From positions 1 to 19,288 of the forward strand of contig JAYGCN010000117.1 of NCBI GenBank assembly GCA_046583315.1: 19,288 bases of DNA, read 5' to 3'. Positions 16,658 through 19,288 of the stretch are shown here, piece after piece. Source of the DNA: Candidatus Hydrogenedentota bacterium (GTDB taxonomy: Bacteria > Hydrogenedentota > Hydrogenedentia > Hydrogenedentales > GCA-2746185). The notes under the pieces are model-generated. The model saw only the letters and a list, made by a program, of their open reading frames with translations. It was not told where the DNA came from and ran no database searches. Numbering within the stretch: the first letter of the stretch is position 1; each line of letters begins with the position of its first letter. The position numbers were made by a program, and so were the translations under genes.

Positions 16658-18333
16658 TCCCAGGGCTTACGCTTGGCGAGTTCGGATAGTTCTACGTAGC
16701 CTTCTTCGATGAGGCCTGTTTTCGCGTCGTTGATGCGCCAGTGCAAATTGTGGCCAAAAAGGGGCTGTGCCTCAACGGAAATAACGCGTACCTCGCCCTC
16801 TTCAAAATCGCATTGGGACTGAATGGCTCGAATAAGTTTTTCGTCTGCGACATGCCCCTCGCCGAAGTCCCAGCCGATAGTCGCCAAGGCCACACTTACC
16901 CCATCGCAATATTGGTATTCTTGGAACGGCGTATCGCCTATCGTTTTCGGAAGCAGCATGCCCAGAACCCGACCTTGAAGATGGAGCGCGCGAAATGCCA
17001 AGAATCCGGCATCACCCTCGATGGCCTCGGCTTCAGGCAAGAGCTTCTGTTGCTGCTGGAAGAGTAATTTGCTGGATCGTTTGAGCTTGTCGAGTTTCTC
17101 GTAGCTACCGTCATGAAAGAGCCAGGCATTCCATGCCCAGTTGCCGGCGTAGTAGCGCATCGCGAGTAGAAAGGAGACGGCTTTGGGGACGAAGTTGCCG
17201 ACGATGGGTACGATGAGGCAGCCCACCAGGAGATAGAGGGCCATCCCGGGCGAGCCGACATCGAAGAGGCTGACGTCCGGATGGTGCCAGAACAGGAAGA
17301 AGCCGCAATACATGCTGAGCAGATTCCATTCAAAGACAGCGGCGATCGGCATGTTACTCAATATGAAAAAGTGCAACATGACGAACATCGCGACACCGAT
17401 CCATTGAAGCGGACCGTCCTGCGTAACGAAAATCAGGACGATGGGCGCGCCAAGTTCGAGGAACGTACCCGCGTGGGCCATGATCTTGCTCAGCATAGAG
17501 GGGCTCAGGTCGTCGGGATAATTCTTGAATAGTTTCCGGCGGAATGCGGGAAACTTCAGGAAGGGGTTATTGGAGGTCATGATGGGTACGACGTAGCCGA
17601 AGGCCGGGGTCAGCTTGGAGACACCTGCCCAGAACCAGATGGCCAGCTGCACCCATTTGGAGGCTGCGATGAAGTTACCGGCCAGAAAGAAGGTGAGTAC
17701 GATAGCCCAGTGGTGTTCGCCGCGGGATGACATGAAGATGGTACGGTCGCCCAGGGCGCACAGCGGCAGCAAGATGATGACCGGTGCCAGAAATGTTCGC
17801 GTGATTTCCGGTTGGATGAGCACAACGAAGATCGAGACGACGTATGCGATGTACAGAAGCGCGTCGAGTGGCGTTCGCGTGTACCCGCCGATAATCGGTG
17901 CGCCTTCAAAGAGCGGTAGTTTTGTCGTGCCGGGTCGTGCGTAGTGCAGGCACGCGGTGAAGGGCGGCCAAAGTTTGAGTCCCAGCGGTCCGCACATGCA
18001 GCCGAAGCCGAGTACTTCGTAACCCAGGCTCCAGATGAACGCCTTCTGGAATGCCACGGGATGAAACGCCCACTCGCTGATATTGCTGAGCGAGCCTAGA
18101 CCGGGCGTGAAACTGCAGAAAAATACCCAACCGAAAAAGAGCAGCACTATCTTAACGAGATGGAAGCCATACGCGGCGATGGGGTAGTTCATGCCCTCGT
18201 TGATGTAGCGATGGCACACGTAGTCCACGCGCTCGGTGAAACCCATTTTGGCCCACTCTTCGGGCTGGTACTTGGATTTATCGGATACGTCGTCGACAGT
18301 GTCTGAGCTACTCGTTTCTGGGCTACTCATCAA
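16648..18333 (-). CDS. DUF3556 family polytopic membrane protein
   Basis: FQKA..W....EVLG.GC..GPL, RPGT.KLP, DRTIF...RGEH, WAGVSKL, P.AAVFEWN, SFL.AMRYYAGNW and GW.FGEGH motifs. GAGGA RBS at 18341-18345. Its stop abuts or overlaps the oxidoreductase start. Confidence 0.88.
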   Translation of the reverse strand: MMSSPETSSSDTVDDVSDKSKYQPEEWAKMGFTERVDYVCHRYINEGMNYPIAAYGFHLVKIVLLFFGWVFFCSFTPGLGSLSNISEWAFHPVAFQKAFIWSLGYEVLGFGCMCGPLGLKLWPPFTACLHYARPGTTKLPLFEGAPIIGGYTRTPLDALLYIAYVVSIFVVLIQPEITRTFLAPVIILLPLCALGDRTIFMSSRGEHHWAIVLTFFLAGNFIAASKWVQLAIWFWAGVSKLTPAFGYVVPIMTSNNPFLKFPAFRRKLFKNYPDDLSPSMLSKIMAHAGTFLELGAPIVLIFVTQDGPLQWIGVAMFVMLHFFILSNMPIAAVFEWNLLSMYCGFFLFWHHPDVSLFDVGSPGMALYLLVGCLIVPIVGNFVPKAVSFLLAMRYYAGNWAWNAWLFHDGSYEKLDKLKRSSKLLFQQQQKLLPEAEAIEGDAGFLAFRALHLQGRVLGMLLPKTIGDTPFQEYQYCDGVSVALATIGWDFGEGHVADEKLIRAIQSQCDFEEGEVRVISVEAQPLFGHNLHWRINDAKTGLIEEGYVELSELAKRKPWDCG

Positions 18334-18619
18334 TAATTATTCCTCGATCTGGATCGTTATTCCGCTCGCTTCAATTTCGTGATCTTATTCTCTGGATTCA
18401 ATTCATCTGCGCATCGTCCTACCTGCGCATCGTCGAATTTACAAGTTCAGCAGCGTCGAGATGCGAATCATGTCCGACATCAGGAATGGATACCAGTGTA
18501 TAGTCATTCTCCACATAATTCCACGTATCGCGAAGCCCGTCTATATCTATCGTGTGGTACTAGTGTACGTTCTACGCGCCATGTGGCACGATAGGTCTTT
18601 GAATGTGTGAAATTCCATT

Positions 18620-18651
18620 AAAAAAGGACCCGCGCACTTGCGTGGGTCCTT
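18620..18651 (-). terminator. Intrinsic terminator
   Basis: Minus strand AAGGACCCACGCA-AG-TGCGCGGGTCCTT-TTTT: a near-perfect inverted repeat (one mismatch) followed by a U tract, about 40 nt downstream of the 18694 stop. Confidence 0.8.
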
Positions 18652-18693
18652 GCTGTCTAAGGGCAGCGGGGCAGGCTTCGGGGCAAAACGCTG

Positions 18694-19038
18694 CTACGAG
18701 GACATCGTATTGCATTCCCCGTCAACTATCTGGCAATAGTCGTCCGGATCTCCAGTATTGTCGCATGCAGTTCCTGCAACATTACATTTCTTCTTGTTGG
18801 CAACCGTTATCACCACGTTGCCGTCGAGCGTTTGAAACTCTCCTATCGAGCGGCACCAAAGTAACCCCGCCTTCCTCGCCGCACGAAACGCTTTCACTGC
18901 CGCCGCATCCAAATCCGAGTGATTGAGTGCGAACAGGTCGCGTAACTTATATTCTTTCGAATAGGTTTTGAAGTCGGCTCCATGTTTCGCAATAAAATCA
19001 TCCATGATCTCCTTGTCAATAAACAGCAACCTCACCAC
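18694..19038 (-). CDS. Hypothetical protein with Cys-rich C-terminus (start possibly ATG 19005; may be a fragment of a broken gene)
   Basis: Protein-like ORF with AAGGAG before ATG 19005 and a downstream terminator. No family recognised. Confidence 0.55.
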   Translation of the reverse strand: MVRLLFIDKEIMDDFIAKHGADFKTYSKEYKLRDLFALNHSDLDAAAVKAFRAARKAGLLWCRSIGEFQTLDGNVVITVANKKKCNVAGTACDNTGDPDDYCQIVDGECNTMSS

Positions 19039-19288
19039 CCACGATTTCGTTTATGACCGTTCCTTCTACGATTTACTCGAAGAAATGCGCCGCGGATTCG
19101 TTGGCAGAGAACATGGAAACGATAAAGATCATATCAAACACGATTTGAAAAACAGGCATACGAAAGTGGTTCACGTGCATCACTACTCGTTGCGAGAGCG
19201 GTTAGGGCGGTTCTATCAAAACAATCGCGGGATCGTGAATGTATCCGTGCTCTCCGTCGCGACGCTGTCAATCATCATCGTCGCGTCG
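19004..19288 (+). CDS. Possible ORF running off the window end, with a hydrophobic segment
   Basis: Frame is open from 18965 to the end: MISLSINSNLTTHDFVYDRSFYDLLEEMRRG...GIVNVSVLSVATLSIIIVAS. No clear RBS, so it could be an antisense shadow. Confidence 0.25.
   Translation, partial: MISLSINSNLTTHDFVYDRSFYDLLEEMRRGFVGREHGNDKDHIKHDLKNRHTKVVHVHHYSLRERLGRFYQNNRGIVNVSVLSVATLSIIIVAS

Noticed and set aside
18694..18790. RiPP precursor reading of the Cys-rich tail
   Set aside because: No recognisable leader or double-Gly site, and no radical SAM, LanM or YcaO gene in the window.
1..19288. CRISPR array, tRNA/rRNA, IS element or prophage
   Set aside because: No periodic repeats, cloverleaf, transposase, integrase or phage structural genes seen.

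Overview
Bacterial chromosomal window of mixed cell-envelope and enzyme genes. I saw no rRNA, tRNA, CRISPR array, integrase or transposase. In order it contains: the 3' end of an amidase, a DUF2911 protein, a membrane alkaline-phosphatase/sulfatase-superfamily protein with Thr at the nucleophile position, a 1032-aa membrane-anchored LRR + gingipain(C25)-like protein, a secreted TPR protein, a two-repeat lipoprotein split by an in-frame TAG, a GT9 glycosyltransferase + DUF4254 pair, a Tat-exported Gfo/Idh/MocA oxidoreductase, a 57-aa Flp pilin missed by the ORF track, a YfhO/GT-C-like membrane protein, a small orphan ORF with DUF2829/Tad2-like motifs, a DUF3556 + phytoene-dehydrogenase-like operon, and an ambiguous Cys-rich ORF at the right edge. 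The best leads are (1) DUF3556 carrying a motif resembling the vitamin-K-dependent carboxylase/HTTM catalytic-Lys motif, coupled to an FAD oxidoreductase, (2) a minimal Tad2-like gene outside any visible prophage, (3) the in-frame stop in the lipoprotein and (4) the orphan pilin facing a GT-C gene. All family assignments come from motif recognition by eye, not from database searches.
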